Below, one piece after another: positions 1 through 7,690 of a DNA stretch of 43,403 nucleotides. The stretch is taken from positions 1 through 43,403 of the IMG/VR virus record IMGVR_UViG_3300020151_000894; one strand, written 5' to 3'. Origin of the DNA: a virus. Lineage: Duplodnaviria; Caudoviricetes. Each line of letters opens with the position of its first letter. Within the stretch, counting starts at the first letter, position 1. The notes beneath the pieces were generated by a model, which made no database searches, was not told the origin of the DNA, and saw nothing but the letters and a program-made list of their open reading frames with translations. The position numbers were made by a program, and so were the translations under genes.

Positions 1-2451
1 ATCAGGATTTGCCGTAAGAACCGATGTCATAAAGGATAGTACATCAGCACCAACTCCTAAAAATATCTCCTCAAATCTCATTAGATTTTGTTTTGATATT
101 TTTTGCTGGTCTTGCTTATCTATTTTTTCTGCCCAATCTTTTAATTTTATATCCTGTATTGTATTAATACGGAATGATTTATCATTAAACGCCCATCGTT
201 TAACCAATCCTATTTTTTCTTGAGTATCTAATTTTTTTGCACCTTTTTCTACAAATTGAGTCCACCAAGCCTGATGATAATCAGCCACACCATCCGAATC
301 AGATAAACCAAATTCTGATTGTAATTTTGAAATCATACTTAAATACTTTCCTTTTAATTTTGAAAGTTCTTCTGATTTAGGGAGTTTGTTTATTGGTGGT
401 CCTTGTATTGTATATTGAGATTGTACATGTGCGTTTACTTGCTTAATCATACCACTCAATATAGTTGCTGCTTGTTGATTCTCTCCGATAATCACACCAT
501 CATTATCGTATTCAAACGTACCATGAAATACTAATAGTGGTTGGTTGTATGGGATTACGTTTACCGATGTTGGATATATTACTTCCAAATTCATAAAACA
601 CGCACCACCTTTAAATATTTTTTGTCTTTGTGGTTCTGATAGTGAACCGATTGCTTTTGATAAATCACTCATAGCAAAGTTGTAAGCATCGGTTAATCCA
701 CCTCTACCAGCAAACTTATCTGCTACCTGTCCTATTGTCATAGCACCCTCACCTTTGTTCTTTAGGTGTGATTTGTTACGAGCCGCAACTAATCTACCAT
801 TTACCCAACTAACTGCCAATGCTTGTCCATCAGTCTTTTCTCTTGCTAATTCTAAATCACCATTAAGAGCATTAGTTACAATTTGTTTTAAATCACCAAA
901 GGTAAGATTCATTTCAATATCAAATGGATGATTCATGTGACCATACGCCCCACCTTCCATTAATAGAGATTCATTTATACTTTCTTTTTGTAATTTATCA
1001 ATTTGCTTTCTAAGTTTATCTATTTCAGCTCTAACTTTCATTTGAGCTGGAGATTTTGGCATCATCTTAAAAGCCTTATTATATAATACTACTAATTGTT
1101 TTTCTAAATCAGTAACAGATGCACCTTCTTCTATTGGTTCGTATTCTTCACTACCATCACCATCCAATTTTGATTTTAATTTCTTAGCATCATTTGGATT
1201 TGGTGCCCCATTAATATATCCACCAGGTAAACTCAAACCAATACCAGCTCCACCACCAAGTCCCATCTCATCCAATAAATTATCAAAATCTTCAACTATT
1301 TCTTTTATATCTTCTTTTGAAATTATTTGAGGTTTTTGATTTTTAGGAAGTTCCCAAAATCTTTTAGCTTTTTTAATTGCTTTCTTTGGTTCAGTTTCTT
1401 GCCAGTCTTCTACCTTATGTGGGTCATCTGCTGGATTCAATGTACTTTGAACTACATTTTTTAATTTATATACTGCTTTTCTGAATTGGGTTTCAGTATC
1501 TTTTGTTTTACCTCTACCTCTCATAGTATCTGCTTTCGGAGTATCTATTTGTGTATATCCACCCTGCTTATACCAGTTTTCAGGTTTAGCTTTATTCAGT
1601 ATTCTTTTTTGTCCATCTGCAACAAATGAAGTATCAGGCTCATCGCCAGCAGTCATACCTGCATTAGATGCTGCTTCTTTTAATTCTTCTTTTTTAGGTA
1701 TTCTAAATGTTACTGCTTTCTTACCATTAATAGTTGGCATTCCCCACTCATCAGTTCCTATATTTTTAACAACAACTTTTTTGTTTTTAAATTTACCCAT
1801 TAATAAAGTATCACCAACTTTTACATTTAGTTTAATTTCTTCATTAATACATTCTTTTAATTTCTTTAATTTAAGAGTAATTAGTTTGAATATCTGCTCA
1901 TCAAATTTAGGATATGCTTTTGTAAAATTTTTCTTTCTTTCTTCTTCACTACCGGCACTTAACCAATATCTAACATCAGTACCACTAATAGCATTAGGTT
2001 GAGCAGGGGATGCATAAACATATCCTTTATCCAAATACCCAGCTTCAACTTTACCTTTATATGGAGTAAAGTATTTACCACTTAAGCGTGATGAATCCTT
2101 TTCACCTACCACAGTTATAAAACCAGTAGTTTCTGAATCAAATTTATTAAGTATTTCTTGTGGAGCGTATGGGTTTTTGATTTGTACAATCTTATTTGAT
2201 GAGATGCCAAACATCTTCATCATTATTGATTTCTTTTCCTTAAACCCAAATGGAGATTTTTTATTATCAGTTACATCGGATGTTCCTATGTAAACATTAT
2301 CTTTTCCAAATTTCTTTACTAAGTGGTCATACGTTGCGTAGTGGCCCTTATGAAATGGTTGAAAGCGGCCAGAATAGACAACAACTACTTTGTCCATTTG
2401 GTCCGCTTCTCCCAATATTGTTTCTATCAAAAATTGTGTTAATCCTTTCAT
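1..2451 (-). CDS. Partial (runs off left edge, >817 aa) multidomain putative virion-internal polyprotein: N-terminal HxGH cytidylyl/adenylyltransferase (NMNAT/PPAT-like) plus C-terminal KxDG ligase-like nucleotidyltransferase domain
   Basis: Absent from ORF track; manually translated from ATG at 2451 (MKGLTQFLIETILGEADQMDKVVVVYSGRFQPFHKGH...), with the same frame open at position 1. SGRFQPFHKGH and ISGTDVR are HIGH-family motifs; GGAYGHMNHPFD (~920-955) and REKTDG (~826-843) are followed by MNLEVIY and LLVFHG. Confidence 0.85.
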   Translation of the reverse strand, partial: MKGLTQFLIETILGEADQMDKVVVVYSGRFQPFHKGHYATYDHLVKKFGKDNVYIGTSDVTDNKKSPFGFKEKKSIMMKMFGISSNKIVQIKNPYAPQEILNKFDSETTGFITVVGEKDSSRLSGKYFTPYKGKVEAGYLDKGYVYASPAQPNAISGTDVRYWLSAGSEEERKKNFTKAYPKFDEQIFKLITLKLKKLKECINEEIKLNVKVGDTLLMGKFKNKKVVVKNIGTDEWGMPTINGKKAVTFRIPKKEELKEAASNAGMTAGDEPDTSFVADGQKRILNKAKPENWYKQGGYTQIDTPKADTMRGRGKTKDTETQFRKAVYKLKNVVQSTLNPADDPHKVEDWQETEPKKAIKKAKRFWELPKNQKPQIISKEDIKEIVEDFDNLLDEMGLGGGAGIGLSLPGGYINGAPNPNDAKKLKSKLDGDGSEEYEPIEEGASVTDLEKQLVVLYNKAFKMMPKSPAQMKVRAEIDKLRKQIDKLQKESINESLLMEGGAYGHMNHPFDIEMNLTFGDLKQIVTNALNGDLELAREKTDGQALAVSWVNGRLVAARNKSHLKNKGEGAMTIGQVADKFAGRGGLTDAYNFAMSDLSKAIGSLSEPQRQKIFKGGACFMNLEVIYPTSVNVIPYNQPLLVFHGTFEYDNDGVIIGENQQAATILSGMIKQVNAHVQSQYTIQGPPINKLPKSEELSKLKGKYLSMISKLQSEFGLSDSDGVADYHQAWWTQFVEKGAKKLDTQEKIGLVKRWAFNDKSFRINTIQDIKLKDWAEKIDKQDQQKISKQNLMRFEEIFLGVGADVLSFMTSVLTANPD

Positions 2452-2466
2452 ATAGTTTTCTTACTA

Positions 2467-2475
2467 TATAAATAT
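2467..2475 (-). promoter_or_regulatory. Putative phage late promoter motif ATATTTATA
   Basis: Motif recurring upstream of 11 minus-strand genes; here 15 nt upstream of ATG 2451. Confidence 0.65.
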
Positions 2476-2480
2476 TAAGA

Positions 2481-2876
2481 TTAATCTTTTACAACTTTCA
2501 CACCACTAGCTTCTGCAGCTTGTTGTCTTTGTTGTTCTGCTAATTGCTTTCTAGTTGGTGCACCGGGTTGATACTGAATTGTACCATTTTGTAAATCAAT
2601 TCTACCTTGCGGGTATTTATCTTCCAATGCATCAATTACATCTCTTAATTCAGAATTTAGTAATTTAAACTCATCTTCTCCTTTTTCCAAAAATTCATCC
2701 ATTCTTACCAAGTCTTCGTTCATTTCTCTCTTACGAACATGGATTTGTCCAAATTCTACAATTAAAGAATTGATTTTTTGATTTAAATCAGTAATTGATT
2801 TTAAAACATCTGCTTCAATTTTAGCAGTTTCAATAGTAATTTGTTGTTGTTGCGGTATGTTATCTAAACCTGCCAT
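2481..2876 (-). CDS. Small coiled-coil protein (paralog of 7409..7660), possible chaperone
   Basis: Heptad pattern, GQIH and LEDKYPQGRIDLQNGTI motif shared with 7409..7660. Confidence 0.7.
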   Translation of the reverse strand: MAGLDNIPQQQQITIETAKIEADVLKSITDLNQKINSLIVEFGQIHVRKREMNEDLVRMDEFLEKGEDEFKLLNSELRDVIDALEDKYPQGRIDLQNGTIQYQPGAPTRKQLAEQQRQQAAEASGVKVVKD

Positions 2877-2903
2877 AATATTATTTTTTTATTGTTTTGT
2901 ATA

Positions 2904-2912
2904 TATAAGTAT
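2904..2912 (-). promoter_or_regulatory. Putative late promoter variant ATACTTATA
   Basis: One mismatch to the recurring motif, in the intergenic gap upstream of 2876. Confidence 0.5.
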
Positions 2913-2921
2913 ATTATTTTT

Positions 2922-3662
2922 TTATTTTTTAAACACAGAAACTCCTTTTTCTTTCACAACCTCACCGGCACAATAATTTCCCCAATCAATAGATACACCA
3001 ATATCTTCCGAATCTAAATACCTTGCTACAAATCCTGCTACAAAGGTATCACCAGCTCCACTTACATCTGCGTTTTCTATTGGAATAACTGGATATGTTA
3101 TATGTTTGTATGCCGTTCCTGTTTTGTCAAGTGTACATATAATTTTATCAAACAACCATTCATTATCTCTTATTACATCTTTACTAACTTCCCACTCTGT
3201 TCGGTTTACTTTGATAAATTTTAAATCCTTACACCAATCACCCAATTTTTTTTTAGTATCCAAAATAACCAAAGGATGTATAGAGGCTATTGTATCAATA
3301 TCTTCTTCTGTTAAGAATCCTTTACAATAATCAGATATTATAATTGCTGAGTATTGTTTCAAATCAGGTAAATCGTTCATATTAATTCTATTAACGGAAT
3401 CGTTCTCATCTACTCGTAAATACAATTCATTTGTATTTTCATTAACATAACGAGTTTTTATTATATTACCATTATCAGAAAACATATCAACATCAATACC
3501 CATAGCTGATAAATTATTTGTTGTGTTAGCTGCCATACCAACCCCATATTTTTCATAATTAGGAACAAATACAGGACCTTTCCCTTCTGGGGATTTTCTA
3601 TCCGATGTTCCGTATATAAAAATATCCGTGCAACTCTCTCCTATAACTAATACTCTATTCAT
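2922..3662 (-). CDS. rfaE1: D-glycero-D-manno-heptose-7-phosphate kinase (HldE/RfaE domain I, PfkB family)
   Basis: RVLVIGE..D, SPEG..PV, GMAAN..NL, LRVD, IISDYCKG and DVSGAGDTF motifs typical of the HldE kinase domain; coupled to the adenylyltransferase gene. Confidence 0.85.
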   Translation of the reverse strand: MNRVLVIGESCTDIFIYGTSDRKSPEGKGPVFVPNYEKYGVGMAANTTNNLSAMGIDVDMFSDNGNIIKTRYVNENTNELYLRVDENDSVNRINMNDLPDLKQYSAIIISDYCKGFLTEEDIDTIASIHPLVILDTKKKLGDWCKDLKFIKVNRTEWEVSKDVIRDNEWLFDKIICTLDKTGTAYKHITYPVIPIENADVSGAGDTFVAGFVARYLDSEDIGVSIDWGNYCAGEVVKEKGVSVFKK

Positions 3663-4041
3663 CCTCTAAAAGTTTTGTGGTACTAAATCCATCTAATTTA
3701 CCAAAGAATTTTATTTCTTTTGCATGCTCTCCACCAATAATAGGTTTGTACATATACTCATCGCCAATTACAAATATATCAGGTTCGTATTCTTGTAAAT
3801 GTTTTCGTAAAGAAGCATCACTATCAAATACTACAATTTTATCTACTCCCTCTATTTGTAATAAATTAAATACTCTCTGTCCTTCTGTATGAAATGGTCT
3901 TCCCTCTCCTTTCATTTGACGTATTCGTTCATCCGAATCAATACCTATCATCAAATCTCCTAAAGATTTTGCATAATCTATCAATTTAAAATGTCCATAA
4001 TGAAGTACATCAAAACAACCATTTATCCAAATCTTTTTCAT
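3655..4041 (-). CDS. rfaE2: Heptose-1-phosphate adenylyltransferase (HldE/RfaE domain II, HldC-like)
   Basis: NGCFDVLHYGH, GIDSD..IR..KG..RP, VD.IVVF, PDIFVIGDEY, GFSTT. Confidence 0.88.
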   Translation of the reverse strand: MKKIWINGCFDVLHYGHFKLIDYAKSLGDLMIGIDSDERIRQMKGEGRPFHTEGQRVFNLLQIEGVDKIVVFDSDASLRKHLQEYEPDIFVIGDEYMYKPIIGGEHAKEIKFFGKLDGFSTTKLLEDE

Positions 4042-5189
4042 TACAAAAACTTTTCCAATTCCTTAATTACCATTTCCGATGTAATTGATTTTGTACATTC
4101 AAATTGTCTTTCAGTACCTTTATGGTCAGGACACCAATTCCAATCCCCAGCATCCAATCTCAATCTATTAAAGCATCCTTCACATTTTCCTTTTGGAGCT
4201 GCTATTCTGATACAATCTTGCATTTCAGCCCAATCGTATGAGAATCCACTAATTAATACCGTTGGTACATCCAATGCCCAACTTAACCAACTTAAACCAC
4301 TACCAATACCAATAAATGCTTTTGATTTTTTCATTTCATCCATAACCAATTCTAATGGTCCGTTTGGATGCTTAACAATTCCAGTTGGTAATACATTACC
4401 CATATAGTTATCACCCTCTTTTGAAAGTAATTTCACTACATAACCTTTATTATTTAACCAATCTACTACATCTTGCCATCCGGTTGAATTATTCCAAAAT
4501 TTAGATTGAGCTGTTCCGTGAATACCAATACACACTTGCTTATAGTTTGAATCAACAATTGGATTTCTTTCTTTTAATTTTGGTTTAATTTCTCTATATG
4601 GTAATCCTAATATATCAGAACACATTTTTTGCATAGTTTGTGTTTTTGGGTCTATTGGATTTTTATAAATGTTTATTGTACTATCTTCGTTATAAAATAA
4701 ACCAATAGCATACATAGCATAAAGGTTTTCTACATTATTACCAGGTTTTACAAATTCAATGTTTGGATATTGATTTTCAAACATTTCATTCATAAATGTA
4801 GAAGCAATCATTTTACAATTGTGAATCTTTCCAAATTCTTCAACGTATGCAATCCAAGCTAAACTATCACCCAATGCCTTTGAATCCAATGCAACATAAA
4901 CTCTTTTATTTTCTGCGTTATATATGTGTTCAAACCAAAGTTTTCCATTTTCATATATTTCAATTTTCCATTCAATGAAATATTCTAAACTACATTTAGT
5001 CCACATATTTGTACTTATTTCGGTAGTATATAAAACCCGTCCAGTTTTATTATCCAAAAATCTCACATTGTATGTAGATTGTTTAGGTCCTTTTATTTCA
5101 AGAAAGGCACCTCTAACAAAATGAAAATAAACTTTATTATCAATGTTAGCTTTGTTATTTAAATTTTTAACTAAATTATCGTATATCAT
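4041..5189 (-). CDS. tibC: Autotransporter-type protein O-heptosyltransferase (AAH/TibC family)
   Basis: YFIEWKIEI, ALGDSLAW, FIGIGSGLSWLSWA, VLISGFS and the C-terminal Cys4 iron-finger CEGC...WCPDHKGTERQFECTKSIT characteristic of TibC/AAH. Start placed at ATG 5189 (TAATG overlap) rather than TTG 5198. Confidence 0.85.
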   Translation of the reverse strand: MIYDNLVKNLNNKANIDNKVYFHFVRGAFLEIKGPKQSTYNVRFLDNKTGRVLYTTEISTNMWTKCSLEYFIEWKIEIYENGKLWFEHIYNAENKRVYVALDSKALGDSLAWIAYVEEFGKIHNCKMIASTFMNEMFENQYPNIEFVKPGNNVENLYAMYAIGLFYNEDSTINIYKNPIDPKTQTMQKMCSDILGLPYREIKPKLKERNPIVDSNYKQVCIGIHGTAQSKFWNNSTGWQDVVDWLNNKGYVVKLLSKEGDNYMGNVLPTGIVKHPNGPLELVMDEMKKSKAFIGIGSGLSWLSWALDVPTVLISGFSYDWAEMQDCIRIAAPKGKCEGCFNRLRLDAGDWNWCPDHKGTERQFECTKSITSEMVIKELEKFL

Positions 5190-7360
5190 TAACTCCAAGT
5201 TTTAACTGTTAAATCCAGTAATGAAAATCCTTCTGCTTGCTTACTATATACTTTATTTGTTGTATATCGTTTCATAGGATGGTGATAGAATACGTGATTA
5301 AACCAAAGGTCACCTACATCCCAACCACAATCTACAATCCTATCCATCCACCAACTTTTTGTTCGGTTTGGTATTAAGTAAGCATGTGCAAGGTCTTGGT
5401 TAGCTCCGGTTTGTGAAAACATTTCATCTATTTTATGTTTTTCTCTGGATGGATTATTTGCAAATGATACAAAGTATGCATCATCTCTCTCTGAAATAAA
5501 ACATGCCTTGTGAATAGCTTCAACAAATTCTTCTAATCCAGTATAGATAAAAGCATCTGCCTCAAATATCAAAGTATAATCATAGTTTTCCTCATCAATA
5601 GTTTCTAATGCGTTCCTATGTGCTAAATAACATCCATAGTGTCTACCAGTCATCCAACCTAAACCAGCGCCAGGGTATAACTCACCCGGCTTATTATCTT
5701 TACTTATATGTTCAGGCCTTCTACAATTTTCAGCTGGTGGTATTCCTTCATATACTTCATTAATAATTGGTTGATAATCTATACCATACTTACTTAATTG
5801 TTGTAGTGATTGAATAGAAACTCTTTCTCTCATATCATTAGGTCTGGTCAGCATGTGTTTAACCTGAATACGAGGTTTTCTTCTTACGAATGAACGAAAT
5901 CCTTGCTGAAACTGTCCATAAAAATACTCGTTTGCTGCTTGAGTAACTCCATGAAATACACCATAATCATCTCCACTAATTATACCACCCGGCTTTACTT
6001 TGTTGTACCAAACTTTTAAATCTTCCATTAAAGCTTCGTAAGAATGCCCAGCATCAATCATAATAAAATCAATACTTCCATTTGCAAAATTATTAGCTGC
6101 ATTTTTCGATGTATCTTTTATTGTATTAAATCTACCATAGTTATCGGATAAGACTGTATTATCTATGAATTCATAAAATATATCCCCACTAAATGCTCCA
6201 ACTATATTTTGATGTAATTGTTCATCATCCGTTCCTTTCCAAGTATCAATTGATGTAAAATTAATATCTTTACCAGATTCTTTTATTTTTGTTGCTAAAT
6301 GATTTGTAGATTTTCCAAACCAAGCACCCACTTCAACAAATGTTTCACCTCCGCTAGCAATATCAACTATATTATTATATAATTCAGAATATGCAAACCA
6401 TCCCGGTATTTCATTAAATTCAGGTTGTAATTTTTCTAAAATAATTCTTTTAGTTAATTTCAAATCATCATCAATATAAGTTACTAACGGATTATTATCG
6501 TATGTATCTAAATAAGTGTGTAACTTTCTGAATATAGATGGTAATTTATAACTCAATGCTTCCTTTACGGATAGTGGATTTAATTCTAATTTAGAACTGA
6601 AATAAAACATATCACATGCTGAATAGAATGTATCTACATCATCTCTCTCACCCCATATTACACAATTATCAGGTTTATATTCCATTATGGGTTTCCAATA
6701 ATGTTCAAAGTTGCCTGCCTGATTTCCTACAAAGTGAAACTTAATTTTATATTTTTCTAACTGCCTTGCTATCGAAAATATTTCAGCTTGGTTTTTACCA
6801 GGTGAAAATAAACCAACATTAAGTACATGCGTATAAGTTGGGTCTAATCCTAATTCTTTTTGTGCGGCCTCTTTATCGAATGTATAATCTTCTATTGGAT
6901 ACTCCCATATAGCAGTTTCAATTCCCAATGGTTCAAATCTTTGCCTACTCCATTCGGATACCAAAACATATTTGTCTGGATGATATACTATTTCAGATGG
7001 ATTTGTATATGAACCATGAGTTGATGCTAAAATAAAATACTTTCTATCTTTTGAAAATATCTTTTCAACTATATCAATAGGTAAATCAAATTCAGGTATT
7101 TCTTGAAAGTGAATTATATCAGGAGAAAATATTCTAATTATATCAAATATTTCTCTTTTATTTTCACCAAGTGTATGTACAGGAACTAATGATTTAATTC
7201 TATTTTTTTGAACTACAAAAGCATTCCCTCCACTATTATTTATTTCAACAACTTCAATTTCAAAGTCATTAATAAAGTGTTTTATCTGCTTAAATGTGTA
7301 TTGTGGTTGCCCTCCCGTTGAAAGATGTGGGCAGACATAAAGTAACTTTTTCTTTGCCAT
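5189..7360 (-). CDS. Three-domain fusion: GT4 (GT-B) glycosyltransferase + class I SAM methyltransferase (Methyltransf_24-like) + GT25-like glycosyltransferase
   Basis: HLSTGGQPQY, VGLFSPGKNQ, ELNPLSVKEA (GT4); FVEVGAWFGKS, IMIDAGHSYE, VKPGGIISGDDY (MTase); HYGCYLAH, LIFEADA, AHAYLI (GT25-like). Confidence 0.8.
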   Translation of the reverse strand: MAKKKLLYVCPHLSTGGQPQYTFKQIKHFINDFEIEVVEINNSGGNAFVVQKNRIKSLVPVHTLGENKREIFDIIRIFSPDIIHFQEIPEFDLPIDIVEKIFSKDRKYFILASTHGSYTNPSEIVYHPDKYVLVSEWSRQRFEPLGIETAIWEYPIEDYTFDKEAAQKELGLDPTYTHVLNVGLFSPGKNQAEIFSIARQLEKYKIKFHFVGNQAGNFEHYWKPIMEYKPDNCVIWGERDDVDTFYSACDMFYFSSKLELNPLSVKEALSYKLPSIFRKLHTYLDTYDNNPLVTYIDDDLKLTKRIILEKLQPEFNEIPGWFAYSELYNNIVDIASGGETFVEVGAWFGKSTNHLATKIKESGKDINFTSIDTWKGTDDEQLHQNIVGAFSGDIFYEFIDNTVLSDNYGRFNTIKDTSKNAANNFANGSIDFIMIDAGHSYEALMEDLKVWYNKVKPGGIISGDDYGVFHGVTQAANEYFYGQFQQGFRSFVRRKPRIQVKHMLTRPNDMRERVSIQSLQQLSKYGIDYQPIINEVYEGIPPAENCRRPEHISKDNKPGELYPGAGLGWMTGRHYGCYLAHRNALETIDEENYDYTLIFEADAFIYTGLEEFVEAIHKACFISERDDAYFVSFANNPSREKHKIDEMFSQTGANQDLAHAYLIPNRTKSWWMDRIVDCGWDVGDLWFNHVFYHHPMKRYTTNKVYSKQAEGFSLLDLTVKTWS

Positions 7361-7367
7361 ATTGTAA

Positions 7368-7399
7368 CAAATATACGAATTTATTTTTGAATTACCAAA
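7368..7399 (-). promoter_or_regulatory. Bacteroidota housekeeping-sigma promoter (-33 TTTG, -7 TATATTTG) driving the glycosylation operon
   Basis: Minus strand TTTG (7399-7396), 20-nt spacer, TATATTTG (7375-7368); matches TTTG-N19-21-TAnnTTTG. Confidence 0.8.
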
Positions 7400-7408
7400 T
7401 TTATTTTT

Positions 7409-7660
7409 TTAGAAAGTAACAGTACCTTCTAATAAATCAATCTCTCCATTAGGATATTGCTTTTCTAAATCAGATAATACAGAGTTTAATTCTTTATTTG
7501 TATTTTCAAATTCCGATTCCACAACAGATAATAATTTCTCTAATTGTTTTGCTTCTAAGTGTAGCTGCCCTACATTTATGATAAGTTCGTTTTTTCTTGT
7601 GTTAAGTTCTTTAAGTTTTTCTACTAAAGAAGATTCCAATTTTTGTATTTGCTTTTCCAT
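7409..7660 (-). CDS. Small coiled-coil protein (paralog of 2481..2876)
   Basis: GQLH and LEKQYPNGEIDLLEGTV motif; preceded by ATATTTATA. Confidence 0.7.
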   Translation of the reverse strand: MEKQIQKLESSLVEKLKELNTRKNELIINVGQLHLEAKQLEKLLSVVESEFENTNKELNSVLSDLEKQYPNGEIDLLEGTVTF

Positions 7661-7673
7661 ATTTTTGTTTGTA

Positions 7674-7682
7674 TATAAATAT
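7674..7682 (-). promoter_or_regulatory. Putative late promoter ATATTTATA
   Basis: Recurring motif, 13 nt upstream of ATG 7660. Confidence 0.65.
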
Positions 7683-7690
7683 ATAAAAAT

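Noticed and set aside
5190-5198. TTG start for the heptosyltransferase
   Set aside because: ATG 5189 forms a canonical TAATG coupling with the upstream stop.
2922-7360. Bacterial LPS locus or contamination
   Set aside because: Embedded among phage genes with the same composition and flanked by phage paralogs and late motifs; no other LPS core genes.
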